Positions 10,875 to 25,000 of a stretch of DNA of 60,809 nt are shown here, piece by piece. Origin of the DNA: Phyllobates terribilis (lineage: Eukaryota); assembly GCF_046119375.1 (NCBI RefSeq), contig NW_027367200.1, forward strand, positions 1-60,809, in the 5' to 3' direction. Position numbers and translations under genes: made by a program. The notes under the pieces were generated by a model, which was not told the origin of the DNA, ran no database searches, and saw only the letters and a program-made list of their open reading frames with translations. Numbering within the stretch: position 1 is the stretch's first letter; the number at the start of each line of letters is the position of its first letter.

Positions 10875-13800
10875 AATTCATTACGATCAGGTTTGTGGAT
10901 CGGCAAAGCCATTCTATGGGACTAGAGACTTCTCCATCTGGCAAGTCAAAGTGAAGGTTGTCTTGATCAATGAGAAGTGTCATAGAGCCATAACTGGATA
11001 TTAGACATCAGACCGGAGGAAGGTGGAGATGGACGAGCAAGCACACTCGGAAATCGTGATACGATTGTCAGACGATGTAGCACGACAAGTAGTATCTCTG
11101 AATTCTACCAAGGACGTATGGGAAGGTTTAGAATCTCAATATCTTACTAAGTCCCTTCCTTCTAGAATTTCTTTGCTATGCAGATTATTCACATTTAAAA
11201 TGGACATTAACCTGACATTGAATGAAAACCTAGATAAGTTCCTTAGGATGACTCAAGATCTTGAGATGTGTAAAGACACCATAAAAGATGCTCACTAAGT
11301 TGTCATTCTTTTAAATCTTTTGCCTAGTCAGTTTGACACTTTAAAAGATGTTATTCAATATAGTTCTGAAAGTTTGACTAAATTGAAAATCATAGAGTCC
11401 ATTGCTGAGAAAAATGAGACCCTTAAGGTGTTTAAACTGAAAAATGAAAAGAGAAATGAACCTAAGCATGAAGTGTTAATGGCTAATGGTAAAGGCAAGA
11501 AGAAACATCTTAATAAGAAAGACAAAAAGGGTGACAAATATGATAAACATAATTCTTCTAAAAATGACAAGAAGATTTTCTATTGTGGTAAACGTGGTCA
11601 TCATATTAGAGATTACTACAAGAAAAAGAAGGATGATTCAAACAAAACTGAAAATGAACATACTGTTTCCGTTGTTGAATCTGGTGCCTTCTATGACTGT
11701 AAATTGCTTATGTGCTCTCATTCTGTGTCTAGTGTGAATGAATGGATTTTAGATTCAGGTTGTACTATGCATGTCACTCCATTTAAGTCTAATTTTATAT
11801 CTATACATGTTATTAATAGTGCAACTGCACTATTATGCTTGGTGATGATAGCACCCTAGACATTAAAGGAATAGGTAGCGTACCTATTTGCATGTTTGAT
11901 GGTAAGGTTAGGATTTTACAAAATGTTAGATGGGTGCCTAGTTTTAGAAGAAACCTAATGTCTGAATCTTGTTTTGATAATCGAAAGTATCGAATAGTCA
12001 CTCACAATGGAATAAAGGAGGTCATTAAAGATGGACTTACCATTATTAGAGGAATATTAAAGGGTGGATTATATCATATTGTAACTTCACCTGAAATAAA
12101 CCTCTCCAAAGTGAATGACTATGACTTTAGAAGAAACAAAACTTTGGCACACTAGACTTGGCTATATAGGAAATAAAGGCTTAGATTTTTTGTTTCGAAC
12201 TGGATCCTTAGATAAGAAATCAGCTGAATTAAAATTTTGTGAATCATGCATATTTGGTAAGAAAACTAGACATTCATTTCCTAAATCTGCTTATATTGCT
12301 AAAACTCCACTTGAATATGTTTATTCTTATTTGTTGGGTCTTGCTCAGGTGAATATTGTAGGTGGTAGGAGGTACTTCATATCCTTTATAGATCAATTCT
12401 CTAAGAAAGTTTGGGCCTATCTTTTATAAACTAAGGATAAGGTCTTTAGTATTTTTAAGGAATGGAAAACTAGTGTAGAAAACCAAGTAGGTATGCATCT
12501 GAAATGTTTAACAACAGATAATGGCCTTGAGTTTTGTAACTCTTCCTTTGATGAATATTGTAAGAAATATGGCATAAAAAGGCACTTGACAGTTCCAGGT
12601 ACACCCCAAAAGAATGGGACTGCCGAGAAAATGAATAGGACTTTGTTAGAAAAAGCTAGATGTATGTTGATGAGTGTTGGAATGAGACATTCTTTGTGGG
12701 GAAAGGCCATAATTACTGCATGTTATTTGTTAATAGGTCTCCTTTTCTCTTATTATCTTTAAGACTCCTCAACAGTTATGGACTGGTAAGGTACCTAAGC
12801 TAGACCGTATCAGGCTTTTTGGATGTACAGTTCACTCTCATGTGTCACAGGGTAAACTACATCCAAGAGCCTTGAAACGTGTCTTTCTAGGTTACCCTGA
12901 GGATGTTAAAGCATATAAATTATTCCTAATACAACCTGGGGGTTATAGGGTAATTCTGTCTAGAAATGTCACATGCAATGAAACTGATTTTTATTTCAAA
13001 GATGCACTAACACTCTCTAATGAGCAGGCAGGTATTGATCATGAAGCTTCCTTGGAAGTAGAAGCACCAAGGCAATTCTTTGAACCACGTGATCTACCAC
13101 CAGTACTGGAGAACGAAGAAGAAGTTGATATTGATCACTTCTCAAATGGATAAGGTGAGCCCAACTCCAGCTATGAAGGGACACCATTAAGTTCTCCAAG
13201 TGCACTAGCTGATAGTAGTGAGGAAAGTGACACAAATTCTCAACAATTAAGGGAGGAAACGATAGAAATGGAGGATAATACTAACTCTGGTTCTATTTCT
13301 AATCCCTCTCCCTTGAATGATCTCTCTATTGCATCCTCTAGTGATAATGTGCTAGGTATTGATAATCTTTTAAGCTCATATCAGTTAACTAGGGATAGAG
13401 AACCTAGGACTTTAAAAACCAAATCTGAAATATGTTGGTAATGTTGAGGATTATGTCACCACTGCATGTGCACATATTATTGAGTATGCCTTTTCCACTG
13501 CTTATGGGTTAATTAACAATTATACCCCTGAAACTTATGAACAAGCTATTAGGTGTAATCATGCTAAAAATTGGGGAAAAGCCATGAAAGAAGAAATTGA
13601 CTCTATGGTAGTTAATAAGACTTGGACTTTAGCTGCAAAACCTAATGATGCTAAACTCATAGATAGCAAGTGGATTTATAAAATTAAAGAAGGAACTAAT
13701 GAACCTCCTAGGTTACGAAGCTAGATTAGTTGCTAAAGGCTTTATCCAAAGGGAAGGTGTAGACTATAATGGTAATTTTACCCTTGTTGTTAAATATAAG

Positions 13801-15890
13801 ACTATGAGGTTGCTTTTAGCTATGTGTGATGTGTTTGGTTGGGAATTAGAACAAATAGATGTGAAAACTGCTTTTTTACATGGAGATTTGCATGAAACCA
13901 TTTATATGAGGCAGTCTAAGGGTTATGTAGATAAAACTAAACCTGACTTTGCATGCCTATTAAATAAATCAATTTATGGTTTAAAACAATCTCCTAGACA
14001 ATGGAATATGAAATTTGATTCATGTATGAAAAACTTAGGTTTTCATAAGAGCAGTTATGACACTTGTGTGTATTTTAAAATTGTTAAGTCTTCATTTACA
14101 TTATATGTATTATTGTATATGGATGATATTCTGTTAATGTCTAGCTCTAAGGTTCTTATTTGTGGTGTGAAAAAGGGACTTAAAGGCTAATTTTGACATG
14201 AAAGATTTAGGGAATGCTAAGAGGATTTTAGGAGTTAAAATCATGAGAGATAGGAAAACTAAAACCATGTGGTTATCTCAAACTGACTACTTAGTAAAGG
14301 TTTTAGATAAGTTTGGTATGACGGATTCTAAGCCTAATTTTATTTCTTTAGGTGGACACTTAGACTTAACTGAAGATCATTGATGTTGGATCTATTATGT
14401 ATGCCATGTTATGTACCAGACCTTACTTGTGTTTTGTTATTAGTGTATTGAGTCGTTTTATGTGTAATCCTGGTGATATTCATTGGAATGCTATGAAATA
14501 TGTGCTTAGGTATATTAATAGCATAAAAGAATTAGGTTTAGTATATTCTGAACATACTTCTAAGGATGAACTTGTAGGATTTGTGGACTCGGATTATGCT
14601 AGTAAAAAATAATGTGAAGTCTACTACTGCTTATTATTTTACTTGGGTTGGGAATTCTGTTTCATGGAAGGCCGGAAGGCCCAACAGAAGTATGTGGTGG
14701 CTCTATCATCCACAGAGGCTGAATATATAGCAGCTACTGAGGCTGCTAAAGAGGCAATTTGGTTAATTGGTTTACTTAATGAGATCTCTTGTAAGTCTTA
14801 TACTCCTGTTTTGCACATGGATAGTCAGAGTGCAATTTATCTGTGTAATGATCCTGTATATCACGAGCATTCTAAACATATAGATGTTAGACACCATTTT
14901 ATTAGGGATTTGATAGACAAGAAATCCTTAATGGTCAAAAAGATCAAAGGTGATTTGAATCCCTCTGACTTTGGAACCAAAGTTATTCCAGTTGATAAAT
15001 TTGCTTATTGCATGAATGTTTTACACATATGGGACACACATTGATTGGGCTACTGGATGACGACGGATGAGAGCCGCACTCCACTCCCTTCCCCGGTGGT
15101 TTAACTATGTTCTACAGTTAGGGTAATGAAATGTTTAAGTAAATCAAGGGGGATTTGTTGTGTAATTGATTCACTTAAGTGTAACACTTGTAACACAATG
15201 CTAGCTTAGGTCATGGGTCGTATTTAGGCCCAACAGAAGGGAGAAGCCCAACCCATGTCAAATGGAGTGATGCCTAGGTCGGACCAATTGTGGGCTTGTT
15301 GCTCCGTGTAACCTAATGAAGAGTTGAGGTATTTAACCTCCTCTTCGACACCGTAGCCTTCACTTGTTGTCTTGCTTTGTCGTTTCCACAAAACCCTAGT
15401 AGAGAGAGTTGTGAACGGTGATTGGTGATCTATGTCTTCTCCGGTGCGAGTTTGTTCAAATTTGGGCTAGTTCTTCGAGTCTCTCCTTTGTAGAGCTAAG
15501 CCGTTGGTGCGAAGCTCTCTTTGGTGGTGAACGGAGGCCTATTCTGGTGGCGCGTAGAAGCCACGGGCTGGTGTTCGGCTCCGTCGGTGACGCTCCAGAA
15601 GACGAAGGGTTTAAGGGAGTCTTCTTTCTTTCTCTTTGGTTGAATCTTGTGTGATTCTTTTGGCCGAGGCTAGTGCATGTGTTTACTGTGTATTGCTACC
15701 TTGTTTTGTATCCTCCTTGAACGCTTGATTTCATAGTGGATTGACACTCAATCTTGAGGTCCGCAGATGTAGGACTGTTTGTCCAAACTGCGTAACAAAT
15801 ATTGTATTTTGTGATGGCTGATTGAGCTATGTTACGATATTTTGGCTAAATCCACTTTGCATGTTCTTGTTAATTATATACTCCTGTAAT
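10875..15890 (+). mobile_element. Decayed Ty1/copia (Tnt1/Tork-like) retrotransposon, 5' LTR missing
   Basis: gag (FYGTRDFSIWQVK...RLSDDVARQV), protease (WILDSGCTMHVT), pre-integrase (LWHTRLGYIG), integrase (TDNGLEFC...PQKNGTAE), RT (YEARLVAKGF...DVKTAFLHG...YMDD) and RNase H (STEAEYIA...HSKHIDVRHHF, ending 15044). A PPT (AAGGGGGA) precedes TGTTG at 15156. The right end is approximate. Confidence 0.9.
15156..15890 (+). repeat. 3' LTR of the copia element
   Basis: Starts TGTTG right after the PPT and contains GATGTAGG...CCAAACTGCGTAAC, typical of copia U5. The exact 3' end is uncertain (between ~15797 and ~15891). Confidence 0.65.
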
Positions 15891-16009
15891 AGTTTTTAAT
15901 TAAACAATAAAGAAATATGCTTTGATTTGGACTTCTGGAACACATTAACAAAATAATTTACCCAAGGTTTACCAAATCAATTCATACATACAAGTTTCAA
16001 CATTTTTGT

Positions 16010-19000
16010 TCATCTTCTTTGAAAATTTAATTTGCTCATGAAAACTGCAAAGAGGGAAGCAAATAGAAGAGGATAAGCAATTAGAAAGAAGGCAACAAGA
16101 CCAAGTTGATCCCGATGGAACCCAAAGTAATCTTTCAGGAAACCAGACACTGTGTTGGTCAGATCATACACTGTTGTCTTCGTCTCTACATCTCCATACT
16201 GCGAATTAAGCATACCATTTAGCGTCCATGACGTTGGACATGCATAGTATAACCAAATCCACCACTTGGGAATCCTCTGCAACAACAAACCAGAAACAAT
16301 GTTTTAAGTTCAACTCACTAAGATTTAACATGCCTTAGAACAATTATAACTTTGTTTCCATCATAAAACCACTCCTTATATCAATGTTTATTTTAAACCA
16401 TTTCATTATTTCATTCTCTTAATATGGAGCAATCCAAGGCGTTTCATCTAACCAAATAAGCCTAATAAACAGAATATTTTGATCATTTTTATAAAATCCA
16501 TTTATATAATAAAGGAGAGTCCTCCTGTATTTGTGTCGGTCTGAGATTAAAATAACTGACATGTAGCTCCCACATTAACTTTATTTAAAATTTCATATTT
16601 TGAAAAAAGCCACATCATTTGCCATATTATTAAAAGTTACTAATTTTCACGAGCCACATCATCAAATCTATTAATTTATATATATTATGAATATTAAAAA
16701 TGTATTTTCAACAAAGATTCAGCACATTTTGTTGAGATTTTTTTGGATATACATATTTTTTTTTTGATTTACTTATAATTCACAGTAGGATTTTTAACTA
16801 ATTAAATATATTTTATAAGTTGTATATGAATCAAATATGGGTTGATTCTTTTATACATATTGTGGAAGATTTTTTAGTATAATTATTTTAGTTGGTTTCA
16901 TATTTAATTTGTTAAGATTTTTTTGTTTGCTTTAATTACTTATATTCCATAGTTAAAATCTTACTTACTTAATTATATTTTTTTCATACCAATCAAAGGT
17001 GTGCTTCTTCCTATGTATTCACGATTTATTAATATATTATTTTAGTTAATATGCAGATGTTGTGGTTTATTTTACAAAATCAAACTTGATATTATTTATA
17101 AGATCTATTTGTACATTAATAATAATCTCACTAAAATAAGAATACTCACCTCTAATTGAGTTTAGCTCAATTTTTTAATAATGATCTTATTAATATAATA
17201 TTATTCACCTTTAATTGAAAAAAATTTATTGTATGAGATTTAAGAGGTTTACTTATTATTTCTCAAAAGTGTGCCTTTGAATTGATATTGGAGCAAATAT
17301 TTAACTATAGACTTTTATTAATTTACATAACATGTTAGATATTTAGATGGTATTTTAAGTGTAATATTTATCCAGATACAAATTAGAGAATGAATCTGAA
17401 AATTCTAATAAAAAAAGATGATTATATTGATATTGTAACTATAAATTTGAATTTAAACGTACTAAAAAGATCAATGTAAACTCTATTTAATTGTAATTCA
17501 TATCTTGGTCAATATTAAACTATTTAAGATTGAATTTCAAATTATGAATATCAAATCACATAATATATAACCAATCAAAATCTATAAAATTATTTTTTAT
17601 TTGTCTACAGAGAGAAGCAGAGTACTCCTAACTACAAGTAAAATAACCTAAGTGACGCTCTAACATTAATTTCAAATATGTGTCGTCATTTCAGATATGT
17701 CACCACAATGAAGCAATTACTTAAACTATTTGATTTTTCAAAATGAATTATTTACTACTTTTTATATTTTTTGATTATTTAAATTTTTTTATACTTTTAT
17801 TTTTTATTTATAAAACTTTATCTCCTAAAATATTAATGATAATAATATCATATTGATCACTATATTAGATAATCAAATCCCTGAAATCTTATCAATTATA
17901 TTAAAATTATTATATATTAAGTCCCCAAAACCATATTAATTCATTAACAAGAAGATCGTATTATATTGACTAAAATGGTTATATTCTTTTATTTACTTTA
18001 ATTTTATAGATCACAGTCTAACATCTTTTATAACTTAGATAAATCTATTATATATACATTACTATATAGTATAGCATGCATATATCATGAATTATATGTA
18101 TGAAACTATAATAAACAATCTTAATTATAATTTTTAAGATAATATTATATTTTAGTTCTCTTCTATAGCCTATCACTAATGATGTGTATGACATAAACTA
18201 TAACGAACAATATTATTTGTATATTTTGAGATAATATTATATTCTTAGTTAAGATACTAACACTATTTATATTATATATATGGAATCAAAATAAAATTTA
18301 GGTATGTCTTTGTCATTAATCTTATATATTTCTTATATTATTTGATCAAATAGTTAAAGGACTATTCTAAGACATAAAACCTCAGATTGCTCTCTGATAA
18401 CATAATGTAATAATTGGGTGATTTTATTATTAAGTAAGGTTAAAAATTAAACCCAAAAAACTCATAGAACTACTAAATAAGTCCTAACACTGCTAACTTA
18501 CCGGAGCAGGAATGTAGAAGCCAGCAAAGAGACTGAACATTGAGAAGAATGGGGAAGAAATAATGGCGGCGACTTGGTAGTTAGGCGTGAGGGAGACGAG
18601 CATCATACCCATGTAGTTGAAGTACATTAAAGTTGAGAAAATGGAGTAGCAGTACCACAAGATCTTGTAGGCAGATGGAAAGTATCCAATCATTGGGTAT
18701 GTAATGATTGTGAACATGATTGCTTGTGCAAGAAGGTATGGGAGCTCGACCGCCACCTGTGCAAACGAGTAGGCCCATGGCGAGTACATCCCCGCAAACC
18801 TCTCTCGGTACACAACTTCTCTTTCTCTTGTCACAAATGGAAGAACATTTGTGCAGTTGTTGATCCCTAAGAAGATCACTGCTCCAAACATTGAGCCTAG
18901 TACTGTGAACAATGTTTGCTGGCTTTCTCTGTAATGATAAATCACAAATTTTAAGATATGTTTGACCTATCTATTTATATAGATCAGGTTCCGATGAAAT

Positions 19001-22000
19001 TAGACATGCTATCCAAATAATGAGCATAGAGTATTGAACTGTCGACATAGAAAATGAACTTATAAACCTACTAAAAAAACGGGGATAAAATAAAATTTGG
19101 AGTTATTTACATAATTGTCACCGGGTCATCTTTTTCTTCATTTTTTTTGTCTTTTTAGCAAGTTCATAAATTTATACTCTATTTTCATAATTAATGTTTA
19201 TAAATTGAATAGCTAAATTCAACTATAAAGTTTTCGTATTTTAAGATTTAATTGTAACACAAACTTATACTTACATATTTCTTGCTTGCTTCCAGAAGAG
19301 AAGTCCGAAAATGAGAGACGTGGCAAGAGTGTGCATGATACGCATCAGATTGTAGGAGGGACTTCTCCAGTAAGACAAGTTTAGTTTCCATAGACAAGAT
19401 TTGAATTGCTTCCATCCGTTTTGTGAGAATCGCGATTGGAAATGAAGATCTTCTGAGCCAGAAGGAGGTGTGCTGAGTTGCTTCACTAGCTCTTCAGTGT
19501 CCCTAGAAAATATGACAAACAAAGATTACTTGTATAGTATAATTGTCTACACTCCAGGTTTATAATCCCTTATAAGGATTAGAGTGTTGCCTAGAGATTT
19601 ACCTATATAAAGTGGAATTTTGATAAACTTGGGCAAAATCAAGTCCAACTTCAACTTCTGTTGAAATGGATGTGACCTCCAACATCCATGTTGAAGGATT
19701 GTAATTATCTTTAATCTTTGGGATTCCTGAGATACCCTGGTTATATAAATACAATGTGAGAAATGAAATATGCAACCAATTAAAAAATAAAAACACTTTA
19801 GATGTATTACTAACCTCAAAATATTCAATAACCTTTCGGGAATGCTGACCCAGAGGTCCTGAATAGATAATTTTCCCTCCAGTTTTTAATAGAATCAACT
19901 GCAACAAGAAGTCTCTATCTTCATCTTATAACCAAAACAAAATTCAAGAAGAATAACATATCAAACTAACCTCATCAAAAGCTTCAAAAATGTCAATGCT
20001 TGGTTGATGGATGGTGCAAACAACAGTTCTTCCAGTAGCAGCCACATTTTTTACTGCTCTCATAACAATGGCGGCTGATCTTGCATCTAATCCTGTTGTT
20101 GGCTCATCCATAAATATAATGGATGGGTTTGAGACAAGCTCAACAGCTATAGTAAGCCGTTTTCTCTGCTCTGTCGATAGGCCACTCACACCCGGTATAC
20201 CAACCAACGCGTCTTTGATCTCATCAAGCTCAATTGTTTCAAGAACTTCTTCAACAAATCGCTACAAAATTCATCATGCAAAAAAACTAAATTAGCATAA
20301 GTAATGGCTATGAACTATGTCAAAGTCTTTGAACCTAATAGACTGAGTGCACTATGAACTAATAAGTCTATGTCAAGGTCTTGCTATGCGAAATGAGCTT
20401 TATACTAATTCAACCCGCATTTCTATTAAAATAATACAAAATATCTTGCTTAAATTAGAATATCTAAATTGGAAAAGAAAAATCAAGGATATATATTTTT
20501 TGAAAGAAAATTTTAATTTTAGATTCTTGTTTTTTAACCCATGTTCAATTTTGTCAGAGTAATAAGAAAGTGTCATGTGTTACTTTTAATATAACTGACC
20601 CATCATTAATTTTTCATTCTGGTCTAGTATCATATATAAATATAAATAGATTAAAATGTGAACATACTTTTCTTATTTCCGAATCAATGTTGTGAGGCAG
20701 CCTAAGCCAAGCAGAGAAAACAATGGATTCCTCTACAGTAATTTGTGGTGAATGTATGTCAGCTTGTTCACAATAGCCTGATACACGCGCGAATGTCTCT
20801 TGAACTTTAGGAAAACCGGAGATTCGTATGTCTCCTTCAATGTAGCCACTGGTTTTTCTTCCGGAAAGAACATCAAGAAGAGTTGTTTTTCCAGCTCCAC
20901 TTACACCCATTAGTGCAGTAAGCACACCAGGCCTAAATGCACCTGTTATGTCACTCAGAAGCCGCAGCCTCTTCTCAGTGAAACCGCGCTCCTTCATTTC
21001 CTATAGTCCCAAAAACTTGAAGTTATATCAACTAAATAGAATGATGATGATGCCTTGTTTGTAACTGCATATTAGATAGATTACCATTGGGGTGTCAACA
21101 TAGTAGTTTACATTTGTAAATGCTACTGTAAGAGGTTGAAATGGCAAGACCATTCTTCCTGCCAAATGTAACATAAATGGTCAGGACATGTAATAGTCAT
21201 ATTACAAGTTATTAAGTATACTAACCATTTTCAGGTATCAATTTGGCTTCAACAGGATTCTTGCTAGGATCATGAACTCCTTGTAACCGAGCAAGCTTTT
21301 CGCGGGAGATAATGGCAGCAGGTGCTCCAGGAGCTAGACACAATTAGATACTTCAAATCAAATCAAAGAATTAGATAAGTTGAAACTTTTTGACATGAAA
21401 AAATTGCTGTTACCCTTGAAAAATGTCAATGCTAAAGTATAACCAATGTTGGCAAGTAAGGCAAAACCAAGCAAGGCACCAATTGAAATCCAGTAATAGT
21501 GATCAGCAAAATCTAGTCCGCGGGCTTGAAGTACTTGTCCACCTATAGTCGTGCTAGGAAGTATTTCCTACAAACAAGAGTATGACAACAAGACATAAAC
21601 CAACAGTTTTATTAGTTGATCTTAAATATATCTGCAATGATTTATTTTGATTGTTTGTAAGTTTAATGGCTAAGAAAAGCACACCTTTTGCCATCTTGGA
21701 GCTAGAAATTCATTGACAGCAACAGCAATCTCACCATATGAAAGTGGAGACACCCAAAATCCCCATTTTAACCATACTGGCATTGAAACTGCAAATAATC
21801 AACAACCAAATTATTACTATTATAAAAAGGAGTGAATATTCAAGAATTTATTGAAAAGCCTGTCATGAATCCTTACCTTTAGGGATTATGAAGCCACTGA
21901 ATATGAAAACAAATAGCATGAAGAAACTTCCAGCTGACATTGCACCAACCATTGTTTGGAATACAGCAGCGAACATTCTGAACAATGACATTGATGAGAA

Positions 22001-25000
22001 GTGCACAGTACTCAGCAACAGCATCTGCTTAAAGAACCTGATCATCATACACACCATGATTAGTTTCAAATGGCACAAAAAATGTGATAAAGTTTCCATC
22101 TTTATGTAAAGCCCACCTTCCAACTTCAGGGCTATATCCAATGACATAGTAAGTTATAGATGTCCAAACAACAGATTCCACCACGGATAACGGAATCTTC
22201 ATAATGGAGGCTGGGATAGTACAAGCCCAAGCTGGATATAAGTACAAATCTCTTTGTTTGAAGAATACTGGAAGCCTCATTACAGTGAGTCCAGCCTCAG
22301 GGAATCCATCAACAAGAAATACTATAAGTGTATAGAACAAGACTCCAAGGTAGTAATTTGAGTTCACAACATCCACTCCCAACCGAGTTCGTAGGAACAA
22401 AGTCATTGATATCAATGCAACAATCACTAGCTGCCCATCACAATACAAGTTGTTACACATATACTTACCATACAAAAATAGAATTAGGTTCCGCTGAAAT
22501 TAGACCTTAAAATGCGAATCGCTATTCAAATAATGAACATAGAGTGTTAAACTATGAATATAGAATATGAATTTGTGAAGCAACTAAAAACGAAGGGAAA
22601 AAATAAATTTTGACTCATTTACAAAATTGTCAGCGCGTCACTTTTTCATCACTTTTGGTCCTTTTTAGTAGGTTCACGAATTCATACTCTATGCTCACAA
22701 TTTAATACTAAATGTTCATAATAGGTCCGGCTGCGAAATTTTCGCAATTTATGGTCTAATTTCAGCAGAAACTTAGCATACAAAAATAATGTGTTAAGAG
22801 AGTATTGACTCACCTGAATGATCTTGAATACGTATACGAAAGAGTTCCTCTTCATTAAAAGATATTCCCTTGACATACAAGCCTTTAGGAGCTCCCACTT
22901 GGGCAAAGAATACACATTAAAGGAGATTGCTTTGTCGTTACGCTCTGATTTAATATATGGTTGAGAGATTTCAGTATAAAGTCTCCTTCCAACATTAGAT
23001 TCCTTGAATTTCTGACAAAACATATCAACTGAGACAAAATTGTAGCTTTGATCATTATGAAACCAGTACTGTTCTTGATCCTTCCTTGATATCACCTCTT
23101 GAAGAAAGTCGGCTACACCCTTTCTTTGTGGACATTTAAATCCACATTCCTCAAAGAAATCAAGCACAGAAATACGAGGTCCGTGGTAAATGATCTTTCC
23201 TTCAGCCATTAAAATTATGTCATCAAAGAGATTGAATGTCTCAGGAGCTGGCTGAAGCAATGCAATTAGAGCAGTGGCATCGGTTATATGAACAAGTTGT
23301 TGAATATATGCAACTATCTGAAAAGCAGTTGAGCTGTCTAATCCGTTTGTTATCTCATCCATTAGTAAGGCTTTGTTTGGACCAACAATCATCTCCCCTG
23401 CATAATTTATTTTGTGTTATATTACATAGTAAATATTGATGTTAGTTTGCATTAGCAATTACAATTACCTGATGTCAATCTCTTCTTTTGACCACCTGAT
23501 ATACCTCTTCTCATAGCGTCACCAGCGATGGTGTCAGCGCACACATCAAGACCAAGAATCTGCAATATCATCAACATGACAAGGACAAGATTGATTGACA
23601 AAAAATTGTATTAGTTAGAGTACGATCAATTACCTTTAAAATATAATCTGTTTGTAGTGTACTCTTTAACCCTTCAGCAGATATCGCCTGCTCAATGTGC
23701 AAACTTAGTAGTTGATTAAAAAACACAGAACCCATGAAATAAGGAAATTTTATCTCAGCTTACCTTCATATAGGCATCAATATCAGGATCTGGGATAATG
23801 CCTGCTTGTTTCTCCCTTCTGCATAGCTCAATCATGATCTCTTAAAGAGAATAATGCAAAACATCATATGTTACTATCAATAGTGTAATATAAATAATTT
23901 AATGTAACAAGAAAAGATTAAATATGGTACCTGCGCGGCTTCCAACTCCCTGACAACGAGCAGAAAATTCCAACGTTTCTCTGACTGTGATCTCAGGAAT
24001 GTGAAGGTCATACTGGCTCACATAAACTGAATTCTTCTGTGGAACCAGTTCATTCAGCTTGTAACCGTTGTAAGATATGTCTCCTGATACCTGTCAACAG
24101 TATTTTTATATGTGTTTGATCAAAGAGCATCATATCAGCAGAGTATAGAAAATGTATGGAAAAGGGTTCAATGGTAACCTTAAGAGAGTTGTTCATGTTT
24201 CCAGAAAGTGCCAACAAAAGGGATGTTTTTCCACATCCTGGTGGTCCAAGCAACAGAGTTAGCCTGTCAAAATATGCAAATTTCATAAATGTTTTGTTTA
24301 TGCAATTTTTCCTACATTCATATTTTTAGTTTTTTGAAACAAGGATCTAATGAAATTTGTTCCAAATTTTCATATGAGCATAACCTTATTTAGTAATAAA
24401 CTTCAAATGTGGTATAAAAAAAACTTATTTAGCACTAAACCAAGTTGATGATAGACCTTCCAGGCTTTATTAGTCCAGTGACGTTTTCGACGATGTTTAT
24501 TGTTGCTTCTTGTGGTCGAGACCCTACTAGCTTAGTGAATACCTGTTCAGAAGTTAATCAATTAAAATGAATGATTTATGGTTTACAGTAATGAAAAAAT
24601 ATACAGCATAAATTACTTACTGATAGTATGTCTTTCAGAGAATTCCAAAGAGTTGGAAGAGGCTTTCCATCAACCACTTTGCACTTTGCTTCCACACAAA
24701 GATTGTCATATCTCACCTCAATACAAGGTAACTTTATTCCAGCTCTACATGTAAAGAGAAAAGGTTGTTTTAACAAAAACTGGTTTACTGGTGAATTTTC
24801 TGCAAAAAATGTGTTAAAAAAAATGCATATGAAAATGGTGATGAACTTACTTGTCAATTCTTTTTCTGAGTTTGCGCAATAGGCGCAAATTATCAACTTC
24901 AATCTGTTTAAGAAGGCGTTCGACAAATAGATGACGATCCAAAGGTCCAAGCTGAGTAACATCAATCACCCTTTTTCCTTTGGTGTTTGTACCATTTTCT

